Below are positions 49,415-63,600 of a stretch of DNA of 64,000 nucleotides, piece after piece. This DNA comes from Mustelus asterias (lineage: Eukaryota). Both the position numbers and the translations under genes were made by a program. Within the stretch, counting starts at the first letter, position 1. Each line of letters opens with the position of its first letter. The stretch spans positions 79,422,001 to 79,486,000 of the forward strand of contig NC_135818.1 in NCBI RefSeq assembly GCF_964213995.1, in the 5' to 3' direction. Below the pieces are notes generated by a model. The model was not told the DNA's origin, ran no database searches, and was given only the letters and a program-made list of their open reading frames with translations.

Positions 49415-49738
49415 AAGCATTTTCCCAGGGTGGAAGAGTCAATTACTAGGGGGCATAGGTTTAAGGTGTGAGGGGCAATGTTTAAAGGAGATGTACGAGG
49501 CAAGATTTTTACAGAGGGTGGTGGGTGCCTGGAACTCGCTGCCGGGGGAGGGAGTGGAAGCAGATACGATAGTGAGTTTTAAGGAGTGTCTGGACAGATA
49601 CATGAATAGGATGGGAATGGAGGGATATGGTCCCCAGAAGGGTAGGGGGTTTCAGTTCAGTCGGGCAGCATGGTCAGTGCAGGCTTGGAGGGCTGAAGGG
49701 CCTGTTCCTGTGCTGTAATGTTTTTTGTTCTTTGTTCT
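49415..49738 (+). mobile_element. CR1 3' fragment
   Basis: FLQRVVGAWNSLP and (ttctttg) tail. Confidence 0.85.
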
Positions 49739-52700
49739 AAGATTGGTGGCCGTGTCTCCACCTGCCTGGGCCTTCAGCTCTGGCATTTCTCCCATAACTT
49801 CTCAATGTTTGTCTCCTTCTATACTGCTACGTTGACCGAGCTTTAGTTAAGCTGTTTGGCTTGGTGTCAAGTTAGTCTGATAACAGACTTCTGAAGCGTC
49901 TTGGGACATTTTATTACGTTAAGTAAACTATATAAATGCACATTGTTGAATTTCTCCCCTCAACATGGCACTTTTCTTTCCTGACAACCTTCTACCTATC
50001 TGTAGCAGTCTCCTCCACCTATCTTTACTGATGTGCTCTCCAATAATAGCTCAACCATTTCACTACTCTGTGACAGTGTGTACACTATATATTTCTCTCT
50101 CTCTCCTCCCCCCCCCCCCCCCCCCCCCAAAAATAATCACTTTTAATTGCTTTGGAGAATCAAGGCCTTATACTTTGTACTGCAATTAGATAATTGTGGC
50201 ATAATTTTAATAATTATTGCTTTTAGGTGTACAAGTCTTCAGCTTTATTTGCTTTTGAGTGTATTTTAATTTCACTTTTCAGGTGCGTGCTTTTTAGTTA
50301 AGTTATTTGAGTTCCCCTGGGTTCAGGAAAATGGAGCTTTCGCAGGGTGAAGGCTTAGTTTTTTTTCCCCCCTCAAAACATTTCACATCAAAACTAATTC
50401 ACTAATTTTGTGGAGTACTCGTGAGCTGGAAAAGAAGCACCTGAGAAATTTCTGTAGTCAAGATAGCAGCTCCAGTGTGTTTATGGTTACATATACTTTG
50501 TCATCTGTACTTTGCTTGTTCCTGACTACAGTTTAAGATTATGATGTTTCTGTTGAGAAGCAGCCACCTCAAGTGGCCAAAATTCTGGTGGTTGTATGAG
50601 GTTGACTGACTGACTGTTTTGTTGCCTCAGTGCACCATGTTGTGGGGTTTGTGATACTGAGCTCTACATCCTGGGGAATCTTTAGTGTAGGCCTAAAGCA
50701 TGTGTGAAGTGACTTGATCCCCCACCACCATCACCAGGAAGGGGGATGTAGTGATGAAATCGAGCCGCTATTGGTGGGATTGTGTAGGTTCAATAACATC
50801 TTGCCTGCCTGTTGCTGTAGCTGTAAAATTGCATGTTAAATAGACAAGAAAAGGGACTTTGTTCATCCACAGGATTAAAGCTGCACATTTTGGTGACATT
50901 CATGCTTCAATAAGCAGTTAACTTGAATGAGCTTTCAAGATCACTGCTTTCTGCAGGAAAGGTTCTTGTGACACAAATAATGCATTTTTGATTAAAAGTA
51001 AAAGCTTTACTGTACAATGCCTCTGTCAATCTTCACTTAACAATTGAGTATAAAGTCTGGTTTGGGTAAGCAAACTGTGTTCCTGCTGGGAAAGAGTGTA
51101 CATTCCAGCAACGCTTTTGATAGTTTGGATTTCTCATTCAGACACTCATCTGCCAAAAATGAGCAATGAATACCCACACATTCATGCTTGAATCTCTCCA
51201 ATCCAGATTCTTCCCTGCTGCAGCACTGAACAACTAACTAAAGTAAGAAATAGCATAATACATCATGGTCTGTCATGGGGGACATCATCTGTTTCTTGAG
51301 CTGTTAACATTGTCTGGCTCATGGAATTGCCCTCACGTAGCCAGCATGTCCCCAGCAATGGCGCCTCTTTCTCTCTCTCTCCCCCCCCCCCCCCCCCCCC
51401 AACTAGCTTTCCTTTTCCCTTTTGGCAGCATCCACAGAATGGGGGTCAGCTTTTACACTTGTTCACGATCCCTATCTTTCACCATCTCTCAAACCCTCCA
51501 TTGCTTGTATTACAAGACTGCTTCTATGGTTGTATGATTCTATGGTTAGTCTCCACTGAGCCTTGGGTTGAACATTGAAAAAGTCAAAAGTGTTATATCT
51601 CAACAGAAATGCCAACTCCATACTCTGGACATTAGTTCAGCCTTTCTTCTTGACCTCTGCCCTGGTGAAGCAGATGCTCAGATCTTCAGCTTCTTGTTAA
51701 ACCTCAAGCTGGGCGTCCGTATCCTTTCCATTACACCTCCTAGGTGTTAGCAAGGAAGACTTTGTCGTTTCTGGTATCTAGATCGATGCCAGATAATCCA
51801 TCCAGTTTCATTCCTTTCAGACTTTTTACTGGTTTGATATAACTGACCTGAGCCATTTCAGAGGGCATTTAAGAGTCAACCACGTTACTGTGGATCTGGA
51901 GTCACGTGCATGCTTAAAAGCCGTTAGTGGACTATCAACAATGGTTCCTTTAATTCTAGATTTTTATGGAATTAAATTTCACCATCTGCCATGGTGGGAT
52001 TTGAACCCAGGTCCCTAGAGCATGAACTGAGGTCTCTGGATTATTAGTCTAGTGACAATACCACAACCGCGCAGCCTCCCATTCTGGAATTCTTTTCTCC
52101 CATCCTTTGCACATCTTCACCTCCTTTTCCTTTTTAATGCACTTCTGTGAATCCACCTCATTGACCTCCCACCTCCTTTGACTAAGCATCCACTTTTCTT
52201 CTTCTTAGCTTCTGAAGCACACTAGGGAGGTTTATTTCTACATCAGAAGTGTATGAATAGAAGTTGCTGAATTGGTACCTTATATTAAATTTTCAAACCT
52301 CAGTTTTGCATCCACATTATAAGTTAGATTTTGAAAATTGCACTTCTTTCATATGTTCTGTTAAAATGAATTGAAATGGGGTGAGAGTTAAGGATGGAAA
52401 TGATCTCTTGATGGGGAAGTTCAATCCCTCATCATAGAACTCACTTTTCCCAGAGGTGATGATACTCCAAGTTGTCACAGCAGAGTTTATATCTCACTTT
52501 CATAACTCTTAAATGAGGTATTCATCAATTTCTGATAGCTCAACTGGCTTATGGTGACTGAATGAATCAAATTCTTTAATTCTATGGATTTGTGGATTTT
52601 TATTGTTTCTGGAATCTGACGCTGATTTTTTTTTCCTCTGTGAAATACAAGCCACTGGTCTTGCTTAACAATATTTATTAGATTCTGTTTTGAAGTTCAG

Positions 52701-53832
52701 CTGAAAGAATTTGTCTCTAGATTTCTTTTACCGTTTTATTCTAAACGGGGCATGTGCCCTTCTCAAACTTTACCACCAGTTTATATAACTGAAACATCTG
52801 ATCTCTGTGCTACAGGTATGTAAGTGAATTTTGGATTCTGGTGATTTGGTTCAGGAGCCTAACTGAACCAAATAGTAGCTCTTTTGAATGTGTATGGTAA
52901 TAAGTTAATTTCCCTTCCAAATATCACTTACTGGATTGTACTATTTTTTTGAAGTTGCGACTTAGATTCTTCAATTTCCATTATTCTATCTAAAAAACAA
53001 ATGGGCTGAAATAATACAGACATGGAAAATTAAAGTCAGCTCCACTTTCAATAACTATAGCTGAAATTGCCAAAGATTTCTCTCTGCCATGGAAATTCCA
53101 AAGAACAAAACCCTGCTTTCTCGAAAAACAGACACCTTTCTGGATTAGCTGAAGGCTGCTGACTCTCCACTCAATGCCAGCATAGAGTACGTGACCACTC
53201 CTAACACAGCTCCCTTCATCCTTTGAAATCACCTTTCTCAAAATATGAAACCCTTTTATGTTCTCCTTATGGCCACCACTTTTGGGTACTTTATATGGTT
53301 TTGATCTTTCTCGTGTTTTAAACCTTTTTTGCTTCCCTTTGAAATTTAATGACAGAACACAATGCACTTTCTTTACCTCCTAATGCAAATTTCTGCCAAT
53401 GCCTTATTTACTTGTAGAACTTTGAAGGCTTTCACACCTAATCCCTTTGTCCTCAACTTTGTAGACACTCGGGCCCCAGCTTAATTAAATTAGTCACACA
53501 CGCAGGTGTGCGCACACACGGCCCCCACGAACCTGCTTCACAGAATACCACAGTAGATCCCAAAAACATTTTTAAAAATAATACCCTCTTCACAAAGTGG
53601 TTAAGTTTTTAGCACATAGAGCTAAATCTAATCTAATCTAATGTAAGCTGGAGAAAAGATTGAAACAACCTCCAAAAAGAAAGAAGCTGGGCTGGAAGGG
53701 AATGTGAACTGTTGTTTGGAGGTGGGGAGGGGAAAGAGATGAAATGCAGGGATTTTGATGCAGCTGAAACAGTGAAGAGGAGTTTATTGCATTGTTGAGA
53801 TACATAATGTTCTTTTCTATCTTTCGTTTCAG

Positions 53833-53874
53833 ATCATTTCACCATTGGGCCGTTTGTGCTATTCGTCATCTGCG
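53833..53874 (+). CDS. ALDH6A1: ALDH6A1 exon 2 (IISPLGRLCYSSSA)
   Basis: Polypyrimidine tract plus tttcag|42 nt|gtaagt, phase 0/0, transit-peptide-like RxxYSS. Confidence 0.8.
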
Positions 53875-55479
53875 GTAAGTTTGAGCCAGCGCCAACTGCC
53901 CTATAAAATTAGGAAGAGAATAGTAATATGATAGAATTCAAAAAGATATTGACCATTCAGATTTCCTTTGTATTATCCTCCTTTCTCAATTGTCTGTTGG
54001 GGTGCCTGCAGTTTCAAGTACAGGTAACAGTTTACCAATGGAGGAACTAATTCCGGTGAAATCTTTCCCTCCATTTTATTGACATCTTCATCCTTCCTCC
54101 AGTCCTGGTTTCCAGCATTTCCCCAGCTGCACCTACGTTGCAATACCTTCACTGCTTCATAACTGGCATAGAAAATTTGGATCAAATTTGGAATCTCTTG
54201 CAAAAAGCTTTTAGAACAAAGAGCAGATAATGAAAGTCAGGACACACAGAAGAGTTGGCACGAAAGTACAACGAAAGAAATGATGAGAGATATCACAAAA
54301 CAAACCCAGCTGGCAATAAAAACACTTTTCCAAAATATATTAGAAGCAAGAATATTAGGATGGGGCAGTTAAGAGCCACATTTGGGGTGGAGAGGGGGAA
54401 CTTTAAATATTTTGGCTCAATTTTCACAATTGGATATTGGAGTACCCTGTGCTAATGGCTTTAGCCCATTACTCTGTTTCAAATCATAGAATTGTACCAG
54501 ATGAGGCCATTTGGCCCTCTGATTTGTGCCAGTTGATTCAAAGGGCAATTTAGTTAGTCCCATCCCTAACTCTTTCACCATAACTTTGCAATTTTTTCAT
54601 GCTCATATAAATTGAAAAATTAACTTGTGCTTGGTGGAGTTTGGAGTTTTCCCTCTCTTGCCCTTTAGATCCTCTCGTTGTTTAATGGCTGGTGCAGACT
54701 CAGTGGGCTGAAGGGCCTCTTTCTGTGCTGTAGAATTCTGACTCAATGACTCTTGAACACCTCACACCCCTACATGTTCAGTACATACGGCATATTTCTT
54801 CCCAAGCAGGTGCTTATCAATCTGCCTGTGCAGAGTAATTACACAATCATGTTCAAAACTGTCTTTGCACTCCAGTTCAAATACTCTTTGACAACCTTCT
54901 ATCTCATGAGACAGTGGTTTGCTCCATGGTGGTCAACTATGTTAAACATCACCTGTTCCAGCTTCGGAGGCTCATTCTCACATGGCTGTGTCTGTTGCAT
55001 TTGCTGAAGAGGAAGATCGTGAGTGGGCAGGTGCTGGCCTAACGCTGGGCTTTCATGAGCTGAGTAATCAGTTAGCAAATTTATTAGGTGATAATTGTAC
55101 ACCAGCTTAAGCAGGGACCCCTCACCTTCACAAATCATAGAATCTACCAAGCTTACTGACTTAGGGTGAAAAACTAAACCATTTTCCGTTTTGCTATAAA
55201 CTGGATCTTTCAAGATCATTTTCAAGCAACTTGCACCTTCCAGGGATCCTAAGAAAGACGTTAAAGAGGAAAAGTTCTTGATTTGTGTAGATTCCATGAA
55301 ATGAAATTCATGTTGAAATTGCTAGCATTAGGATTCAGCTGCCTGCAATGTCAAAATGCCAAGTTAAAATATTTCAAATAGTGTTTGTTATTTTCCCAGG
55401 CCACCAATTTTAATTGAGTCAGCTCAAGTGTATCTGTATTTTGATGTTCATTTGCAGACTGTCCCATTTTATTTTGCAG

Positions 55480-55554
55480 CCAACAACAAAATTATTTATT
55501 GATGGAAAGTTTATTGAATCAAACACCTCAGAATGGATTGACATTCACAACCCT
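55480..55554 (+). CDS. ALDH6A1: ALDH6A1 exon 3 (PTTKLFIDGKFIESNTSEWIDIHNP)
   Basis: 75 nt, AG/GT, typical ALDH N-terminus. Confidence 0.95.
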
Positions 55555-56198
55555 GTAAGTGTGTGTTTTTACATTGATTTTTACATGAACATTCTAGAAG
55601 ACTGAATCATACAGCATGTAGCTGAATAACCCACTGGTTATTGGGCTGGAAACATGGTGCTGAGGCATTACTGTGATGAGGAATAAAAATCCTCGAGTTG
55701 TGTATATGATGTGAAATCTTCCTCTTTCAAATTAGTTTTTAAAAAATAAAGTTAGTGATTTTGAAATATCCATGGAACATGAGGCGAAAGTGGTAAATTA
55801 TGAAGGAACGGTATGCTAATTAGCCGAGATGAGAAGCCTGTTGGAGGACCAGCATAAGGCACTGGAAAGGAACTCCCTCGCTGAGATAAACAAAGGAGTT
55901 TCTGCCTGGTGTTTCTGTTATCGCAGATGTGCAAATCCAGGGAGTTTCTCCTTGTGCTCCACCGCAGAGTGCCTTGGCGCTATCATTTAATCATTTTGTG
56001 GTTCCATTGAATGCCGTTGTATCCTACGTATTGACAATTCGAACATTTAAACAGTAATAGCTAGAATTTTATGATCCCTACAAGTTCTCGCACACTTTTT
56101 TCATTTTCTGAAGTACAGACTGTTTTTTCACTTACAATGGGAATTCGGGGATCTGTTGTGATCATTTGTCCTGCTATTTCTGAACTTGCTGCTTCTAG

Positions 56199-56360
56199 GC
56201 AACAAATGAGGTGATTAGCAAAGTCCCAAAGGCCACTCAGGAGGAGATGCTTGCGGCCGTGAATTCCTGTCAGCGTGCTTACCCCTCATGGTCAGAGACA
56301 TCAGTACTGAGTCGGCAGCAGATTTTTCTAAGGTACCAGCAGCTCATCAAAGACAATATG
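56199..56360 (+). CDS. ALDH6A1: ALDH6A1 exon 4 (ATNEVISKVP...LIKDNM)
   Basis: 162 nt, AG/GT. Confidence 0.95.
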
Positions 56361-56993
56361 GTAAGTGATACCGTACCAGATGTGTTAATTAGTATTTAGG
56401 GGAAGCCTTAAATTTGAGGGATGGGATTGGGAGAATCCTGTGAACAGGTAAATGGTCTCTGGAAGCACAGAATTTTGTTTGCAAGTCTTTCTCGCATTTA
56501 CCCGTCCCTTTACTAAGAGCGTTTGTGAATGTTGTTTTGAAGGGAAGATTGTCTCCCAATTTCTCGGACCATGTGCTTGCTAATTTTTCAGGAAAGTGTT
56601 CTCACTTCAGTGTAAGTCTGAAGCAGGTGCTTAAAGCCACATAAGTCCAAATCAAAAATACCTAGGGGCTAATTTTAACCTTGCCCATCTGTGAGAATCA
56701 TGCGCTCAATCTGATTTTGCCTTTACTTGCCTTTAGCAGAAAGGAAATCTGTCAGTTTCCTGCTGGGCAAGTTAGATTAAAGTTAGCTCTCCTGTTTTTT
56801 CCTTCTCACTGGGAAAGTGATTGTCCTCCCCTTGCCATTTTTCTGTAGCAGTGCTGTGGAGCACCTGGTGTTTCATATCCTGGGCTCAAACCCTCATCTT
56901 ACCGTCCCCTGCCTGAGTGTTATCCCTTCTGGTTATAATCACTTGGTTTTTTTGCACTTGGCTTTAACAATTTCTTTCTTAACCCTGGCTCAG

Positions 56994-57072
56994 ACTGAAA
57001 TCGCCAAGCTTATCACAAAAGAGCAAGGCAAAACATTGGCAGATGCTGAAGGAGATGTTTTCAGAGGCTTGC
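56994..57072 (+). CDS. ALDH6A1: ALDH6A1 exon 5 (TEIAKLITKEQGKTLADAEGDVFRGL)
   Basis: 79 nt, AG/GT, MMSDH-type EQGKTLADAEGDVFRG. Confidence 0.96.
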
Positions 57073-57189
57073 GTGAGTAACGTGTGGAATCCCAAGTAAA
57101 TGTATTATAAAATGATTTCCTGCTGAAATTTTAACCTCCATAAATTTCACATGTATAGTTACAGATAAAGAAGGAAAGTTTTTTTTAGC

Positions 57190-58235
57190 CCAAAGAACAA
57201 AGAAAATTACAGCACAGGAATAGGCCCTTCGGCCCTCCAAGCCTGCACTCGCCATGCTGCCCGACTGAACTAAACCCCCTACCTTTCTGGGGACCATATC
57301 CCTCCATTTCCATCCTATTCATGTATTTGTCAAGACGCCCCTTAAAAGTCACTACCATATCTGCTTCCACTACTCCCCCTACAGGGAGTTACAGGCACCC
57401 ACCACCCTCTGTGTAAAAAAAACTTGCCTCGTACATCTCCTTTAAACCTTGCCCCTCACACCTTAAACCTATGCCCCAAGTAATTGATTCTTCCACCCTT
57501 GGAAAAACCTTCTGACTATCTACCCCTCATAATCTTGTAGACTTCTATCAGGTCGCCCCTCAACCTCCGTCGTTCCAGTGAGAACAAACCAAGTTTCTCC
57601 AGCCTCTCCTCATAGCTAATGCCCTCCATACCAGGCAACACCCTGGTAAATCTTTTCTGTACCCTCTCCAAAGCCTCCACATCCTTCTGGTAGTGTGACG
57701 ACCAGAATGGAACACTATATTCCAAGTGCGGCCTAACTAAGATTCTATGAAGCTGCAACATGACTTGCCAACTTTTAAACTCAATGCCCCGGCTGATGAA
57801 GGCAAGCATGCCGTATGTCTTCTTGACTACCTTCTCCATCTGTGTTGCCACTTTCAGTGACCTGTATACATGTACACCCAGAACCCACTGCCTATCAATA
57901 CTCCTTAAGGGTTCTGCCATTTACTGTATATTTCCTATCTGTATTAAACCTTCCAAAATGCATTACCTCACATTTGTCCGGATTAAACTCCATCTGCCAT
58001 CTCTCCACCCAAGTCTCCAACCGATCTATATCCTGCTGTATTCTCTGATGGTCCTCATCACTATTTGCAAATCCACCAACCTTTGTGTCGTCTGCAAACT
58101 TACCAATCAGTTACATTTTCCTCCAAATCATTTATATATATATATATGTATATAATATGAGCAAAGGTCCCAGCACTGATCCCTGAGGAACGCCACTTGT
58201 AACAGCCCTCCATTCAAAAACGCTTCCACTTCCAT
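57190..58235 (-). mobile_element. CR1 LINE in ALDH6A1 intron 5
   Basis: ORF 57516..57920 LVRPHLEY...SLERRRLRGDLIEVYK. Confidence 0.9.
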
Positions 58236-58490
58236 CATAATCCATAGTACCGTCCCCTCCAAATCTCTTGTGAACTTCTTGAATGATTCCAGAATACTTA
58301 TGTCATTTGCAAAATACTTTTTTCCTTTCCAGTGTTTTGTGCCTTACTTTACCAAGAATGTTAAAATTGTCTTTCAAAAATCTATTCTGGTTATTTCTCT
58401 TGTACAACTCAAATGACAGTAAGCAGTGTAGAGGTTTTAATGTGTCCTCTGTGATAATACTTAATGATATCTTTGCTTTTCTCCCTACAG

Positions 58491-58793
58491 AGGTTGTTGA
58501 ACACACTTGCAGTATCACATCATTAATGCTGGGTGAGACCTTGCCCTCCATCACCAAAGACATGGACACGTTCACTTACCGTCTGCCGATAGGAGTGTGC
58601 GCTGGCATCACTCCCTTTAATTTCCCAGCCATGATTCCACTCTGGATGTACCCTATGGCTTTGGTATGTGGAAACACCTTCCTGCTCAAACCTTCGGAGC
58701 GTGTGCCGGGAGCAGCCATGTTGCTGGCCAAGATGCTGCAGGACGCAGGAGCTCCAGATGGAACCCTCAATATTATCCATGGGCAGCATGATG
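58491..58793 (+). CDS. ALDH6A1: ALDH6A1 exon 6 (includes GITPFNFPAMIPLW and KPSE)
   Basis: 303 nt, AG/GT, ALDH NAD-binding motifs. Confidence 0.97.
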
Positions 58794-59602
58794 GTAGGAA
58801 ACTCAACAACTCTGTAAATGGTTTAAAATCTTTGAAGTTGACCTATCCCTTATCATTCTAAACACCTGTCTGTCGCTCTTCAAACAGTCTGGATAAATAA
58901 TTGTGGTATTGAGCGTCATCATTGTGAGAGTTTCTTCGTGACGTGAGGTTAGCGAGTTCCTCTTGCAGTTCACCACCAGATCTCTCTCTCATTTCATTTT
59001 CTTGTAGTTAGAACTGACCCCAGGGTGTTGATTAATCATGTTAAAATTGACCATGTTTTGAGTTTTGACGGCCACAGCATTTCTTTATGAATAACCTGAT
59101 GTTCTTCAACTTGTCTTTGTGCTTCCATTAAAGGAATTTGGATCATTACTTGGGTTTTTAGCCAGGTTAGCATGTTGTTACAGGTTGATGGCCATAACTT
59201 TCTTCTGTGGCTTATTGAAGAAATTCTCTTAAAGAATCTTGACAAATAATATAAAGCAATTCCTAGACAGCTGCCTGTGATGGTTTAAAATGGAGAGAGG
59301 AGAAAATGACACTTGGTATGGCATTTAAATTAGTTTTAAATATCATGTATAGTTATGAGGGGTAATGAATTATTGCTGATTTTTCTCATATAGCATGTAC
59401 TAGTCCACAGTGGTTTGGAAACTCAAGATGCAAGACCAAAAAATAGTGCAATACTTTTGATACCAAAGTAGCATTTTTCCAAATCAATCTGCCCCCCCCC
59501 CCCTCAATTAACCTTACAGCGTTGCTGCGTTGCCTCTAGCTGTGCCCGTAGACTGCAAAAATGGGAATAATGCAATAAGTTTTCTTTTTTGCCTTTTTAA
59601 AG

Positions 59603-59724
59603 CTGTAAACTTCATCTGTGACCATCCAGCCATAAGGGCTATCAGCTTTGTTGGTTCCAATCAAGCAGGAGAGTACATCTACACAAGAGGTTCCAAAAAC
59701 GGCAAGAGAGTCCAATCAAACATG
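59603..59724 (+). CDS. ALDH6A1: ALDH6A1 exon 7 (VNFICDHP...ISFVGS...RVQSNM)
   Basis: 122 nt, AG/GT. Confidence 0.96.
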
Positions 59725-60786
59725 GTGAATATCCTTTTCATTCCCTTGCACTTGAACATTTTTATTCTATTTCAGAGCAGCTGGGTGGAGGATTAAATTT
59801 GTACCTGATTTGAGAAGGGTTATTTCATTCCTGTTTTTAAAAAAAAAACAAGTTCAATTGTTTTTAGTTTAAACTAACAAGGCTGGTAATCTGGATACCT
59901 TCACATGCCCCTATAGGATCACTTGGTAATTGGAAGCTCAGTCGAACCACATTGTATCTCTTCACTTTTTTGCTTGTTGCAGTGTGACAGTTTATAATAC
60001 CTGAGAGTCAGGTCAATCTTTTCTAAATTCACATCTGAAAGAGCTATTGTGTCATACGCTACTGCTGTACATAAACTTGTAAAGAAGCTGGGGAAAGGGG
60101 GAGATTATTGCAGAACATTGCAAATGCAACAAAGTTCGAGTGGGAAGGGAGGAGAATTCCTTAAAGGACAGTTAGTAAGTTGGCTGATAAGTTTGTTGTT
60201 TTTCTCAGTACTCCTGCGAGGTTATGCAAAGTATCTATCTACCTCCCGCAGCATGCAGGTTCTGACCATGGGTCCTTTGCCTTCTGTGTTGCTGAGTTCC
60301 AGTTCTCTGTTCTGCTGTGGTAGGGTTACCAAGCACAAGCCCTGCGAGAGAGATAAGATTGAATCACAAGAAACACGATCCCCAGACCATGCCGTATGGG
60401 CAATAGTCTGAGTGTAAATGATCCAGCCACCTCTTGGCTGCAGGGCATGTCTGACTTAGGAGATCATCACAACTTGCTCCTGGTAAGATGCAAGTCCTAC
60501 TCCAAACTGTAGATGGCAGGAGACAAACTCTTTGCCATCACGGTCTGGTAGTACAGAAGAGGTTCTTTTGTAAGAAAGTCTTGTTTTTCTAGCCATACTA
60601 ATTAGAGCCCTAGAACTTCAATCCTTCCAGCTCTCCTCTGTTCTGTGAAGGTTTCATTTTTTTAAAAATTCTTCCTTCAATGAGTGTAAATAGTGGTTTG
60701 AGCCTGATTTTTACCACATAGCCGCTTGGAGAGTGCAGGGAGGTGCCTTCATTTTACTTTTTCCTTTATCTGTGAATTCCTTGTAG

Positions 60787-60976
60787 GGTGCTAAAAACCA
60801 TGGAGTCGTGATGCCAGATGCCAACAAGGAGAACACGATGAATCAGCTGATTGGAGCAGCTTTTGGTGCAGCTGGACAGCGTTGCATGGCCCTCTCAACC
60901 GCTGTCCTGGTTGGGGAAGCTAGAGATTGGTTGCCTGAACTGGTGGAAAGGGCAAAGAAACTGAGAGTCAATGCAG
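60787..60976 (+). CDS. ALDH6A1: ALDH6A1 exon 8 (GAKNH...[11 protein letters not shown], catalytic Cys)
   Basis: 190 nt, AG/GT. GAKNH and GQRCMA are diagnostic of MMSDH. Confidence 0.97.
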
Positions 60977-61664
60977 GTGTGATTACGCTTTCAATGCAAT
61001 GGATGAAAGAGAAATTTGATTAAAAAGTGAAAGTAACTCTTGTGTGGCCCCAGTGCAAAGATGTGGGGTACAGGGGCAATCGGATGGACTGCAGGACCTG
61101 TTCCCGCAGCCACATTTTTGTTCTCTATAGTTGCAACCATATGAAACAGACTTTTCAGAGTAAATATGAAGCGTGCTCTCCTACCATCAAGAATGGAGGA
61201 GGTATGACCATAATTGGCATTTCTTGTCTATTCTGAGTTGTCCAGGGTTTTAACCCAAAGACACTGGGATGCTATAAAGATGCCAGGAATGCCAATTACC
61301 ATGAACTGGTCCAAAATATTTTTCGAAGGAATAACCAAAATAGCTTCTAAGTTCTTCAGTGTGACAAAATGATCTTATTGGGTGAAACAATTTTATTAAA
61401 TCTTTACAAACTGGCTAAATCCATTACTTCACTAAATAAGATAAATAAGTTTTTATTTGCGAGCTGTCCTTATCAGGCTATTAACAATATGTTCTATTGG
61501 AGTTTGTGATAAGGTGGAGGAACAAGGCAGAGCAACCTGCTTAATATATGTTCTGATTACAGCCTAACAGGCCGCTTGCTCTACATTCCTTCCGCACAAT
61601 GTTAGGAAAAAGTGGTTGGCTTCGTTAATCAGGTGTAATTTTTTTGTTTTCTCCCTGATCCCAG

Positions 61665-61846
61665 GTGACCAGCCAGGCTCGGACCTTGGTCCTCTGGTCT
61701 CCCCTCAGGCAAAGGCCCGCGTGTGTGATCTGGTCCAGAGCGGAGTAGAGGAGGGAGCCAAGCTGCTGCTGGATGGCCGGAAGATCCAGGTGAAAGGATA
61801 TGAAAACGGAAACTTTGTGGGGCCCACCATCCTTGGATCAGTAAAG
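61665..61846 (+). CDS. ALDH6A1: ALDH6A1 exon 9 (DQPGSDLGPLVSP...FVGPTILGSVK); gene continues beyond the window
   Basis: 182 nt, AG/GT, in frame. Confidence 0.96.
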
Positions 61847-62274
61847 GTGAGAAGAACGTAGATTTTTTTTGCCAGCCATCCGTTGATCAAGACCAAGCTT
61901 TCAAGCGGTATCATTTTTTTTGCTGCTCAAAATGGCCATGTGTCCAAGCCAGCTATCGCTCATGACAAAGATTACAATGTAGTTTATTCATATTCTGTAC
62001 AACTGTGCCAACTGGTAACTTGCACTAAAATAATCTGTGGGTATTTGTTGGAAGTAACTCTGGGGATGCTTAGAGTTCCATGCATGTTCCAGGAATTGAG
62101 CTAACTTAGATTTGCAAGATGGGAGAAGATTTAATAATTTATTGTTTTATCCAATTACTAGAATAGTCAACATCTCCCCTTGGTTTGCAAGCATGATCCT
62201 AAGCTTTCAGTTGCCTGTCATTTTAATGCATTGTCATTTCTGTCCTTGGCCTGCTGCAGTTTTCCAGTGAAACT

Positions 62275-62750
62275 TAACACAAGCTTAAGGAACAGCATCT
62301 CGTCTTGCAGTTAAGCACTTTACAGCCTTCCAGACTCAACATTGAGTTCAACAATTTCAGACCATGAACTTGGACCCCTGTTTTGATTCTTTTTTGCCAT
62401 GTACCGATTTGAATCTTGTTTTTCATGGGTTTTGCTTTCAGACAGAGCTGTTCTTCCATTATTCTTCCATTCACACACACCATGAATAGATGCTTTGTTT
62501 TGTTACTCCAACCATTACCTTTCTCTTTTGTTCCATGATATCTTTGTCATTTAATTTCTCCTGCTCCCTATCCCAGATCTTCCGTTTGTTCCTCCCCCAC
62601 CCTATCAATGACACAAAATCCATCACATCTCAACCCTTCTTCAGAACTGAAAGTAGCATTCGACTCCAAACATTAACTCTGCTTCTCTCTTTGTAGATGC
62701 TGCCAGATTTGCTGAACATTTCCAGCATCCACAATATTTTGTTTTCAGTA
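62275..62750 (+). mobile_element. Old Penelope-like 3' remnant
   Basis: KLKEQHLVLQLSTLQPSRLNIEFNNF resembles a GIY-YIG C-terminus. Followed by an agatgctgccaga...tccagcat tail. Confidence 0.6.
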
Positions 62751-63009
62751 AAATAGTGGTTACTTTTATTAACCAGATAACAAGATACCCAGATTTGACT
62801 AAAAGCTTGGACTACCCTGAACTGCTGATGAGGCAATCTCTTACCTTGCCATTTCAGTCAAGTCTGTTGAACCTTAATGCGTGTATGAATTTGCCAGTTT
62901 ACGCTATATTGCTTGGACAAGGCCAGATGATTCCCTGCATTGGAGGGGAAGGAAGCAGCAGCTGCAAAATAGTAGCATGAAATAAAGAAAATCACCAGGT
63001 GTGGGAGTT

Positions 63010-63600
63010 GAACACAGCAACAACCTACATTTATGTAGCATTTTTGACATGGAGAAACATCCAAGGTGCTTCATGGAAGTGTGATCTGACAGACATTGAT
63101 AATGCCTAAAGAAGGGAATATTAGATAGTGTGATAAAGATTGATCAAAGAGACCGACAGACCTCGATGAGAATCTTAGAGGGAGAGGTAGAACGATTAAA
63201 GGAGGGAACTCTAGAGCTTGGAGCCTTAACAGTTGATGGCATGGCTGCCTGTGATAGGAGAAAGATAGTGGGTGATGCAGAATCCAGAGTCATGGCAGCA
63301 ACAAGTTCATTGGATGTTTGAAGGGCTGGATCGGGTTAGAGATGGGGAAAGGCAAGGCAGTTTGAACAAGGGGATGGAAATTTACATCAGGTGTCGGTAT
63401 ATGCCAATGAAAGTTGGGGTGATTGATGGAGTGAAGGTAATGTGGATTAGGATATGACCATCAGAGTTGGATGAGCTAGTTAATCATGGCTGACCAGCAG
63501 AATGTCTGGAGGTGACAGAGGCACAGATGAAGCATATGACAGCAAATAAGCTGAGGCAGGGACAGATTCAGGTGATGTTAGAGGTAAAAGTGGGAGTTTT
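63010..63600 (-). mobile_element. Highly degenerate L2-like LINE remnant
   Basis: Tail and composition resemble 4400-4680 and 49740-49950. Confidence 0.4.

Noticed and set aside
50090-51400. Two (CT)n-poly(C) tracts producing poly-Pro ORFs
   Set aside because: Simple repeats with unrelated flanks.
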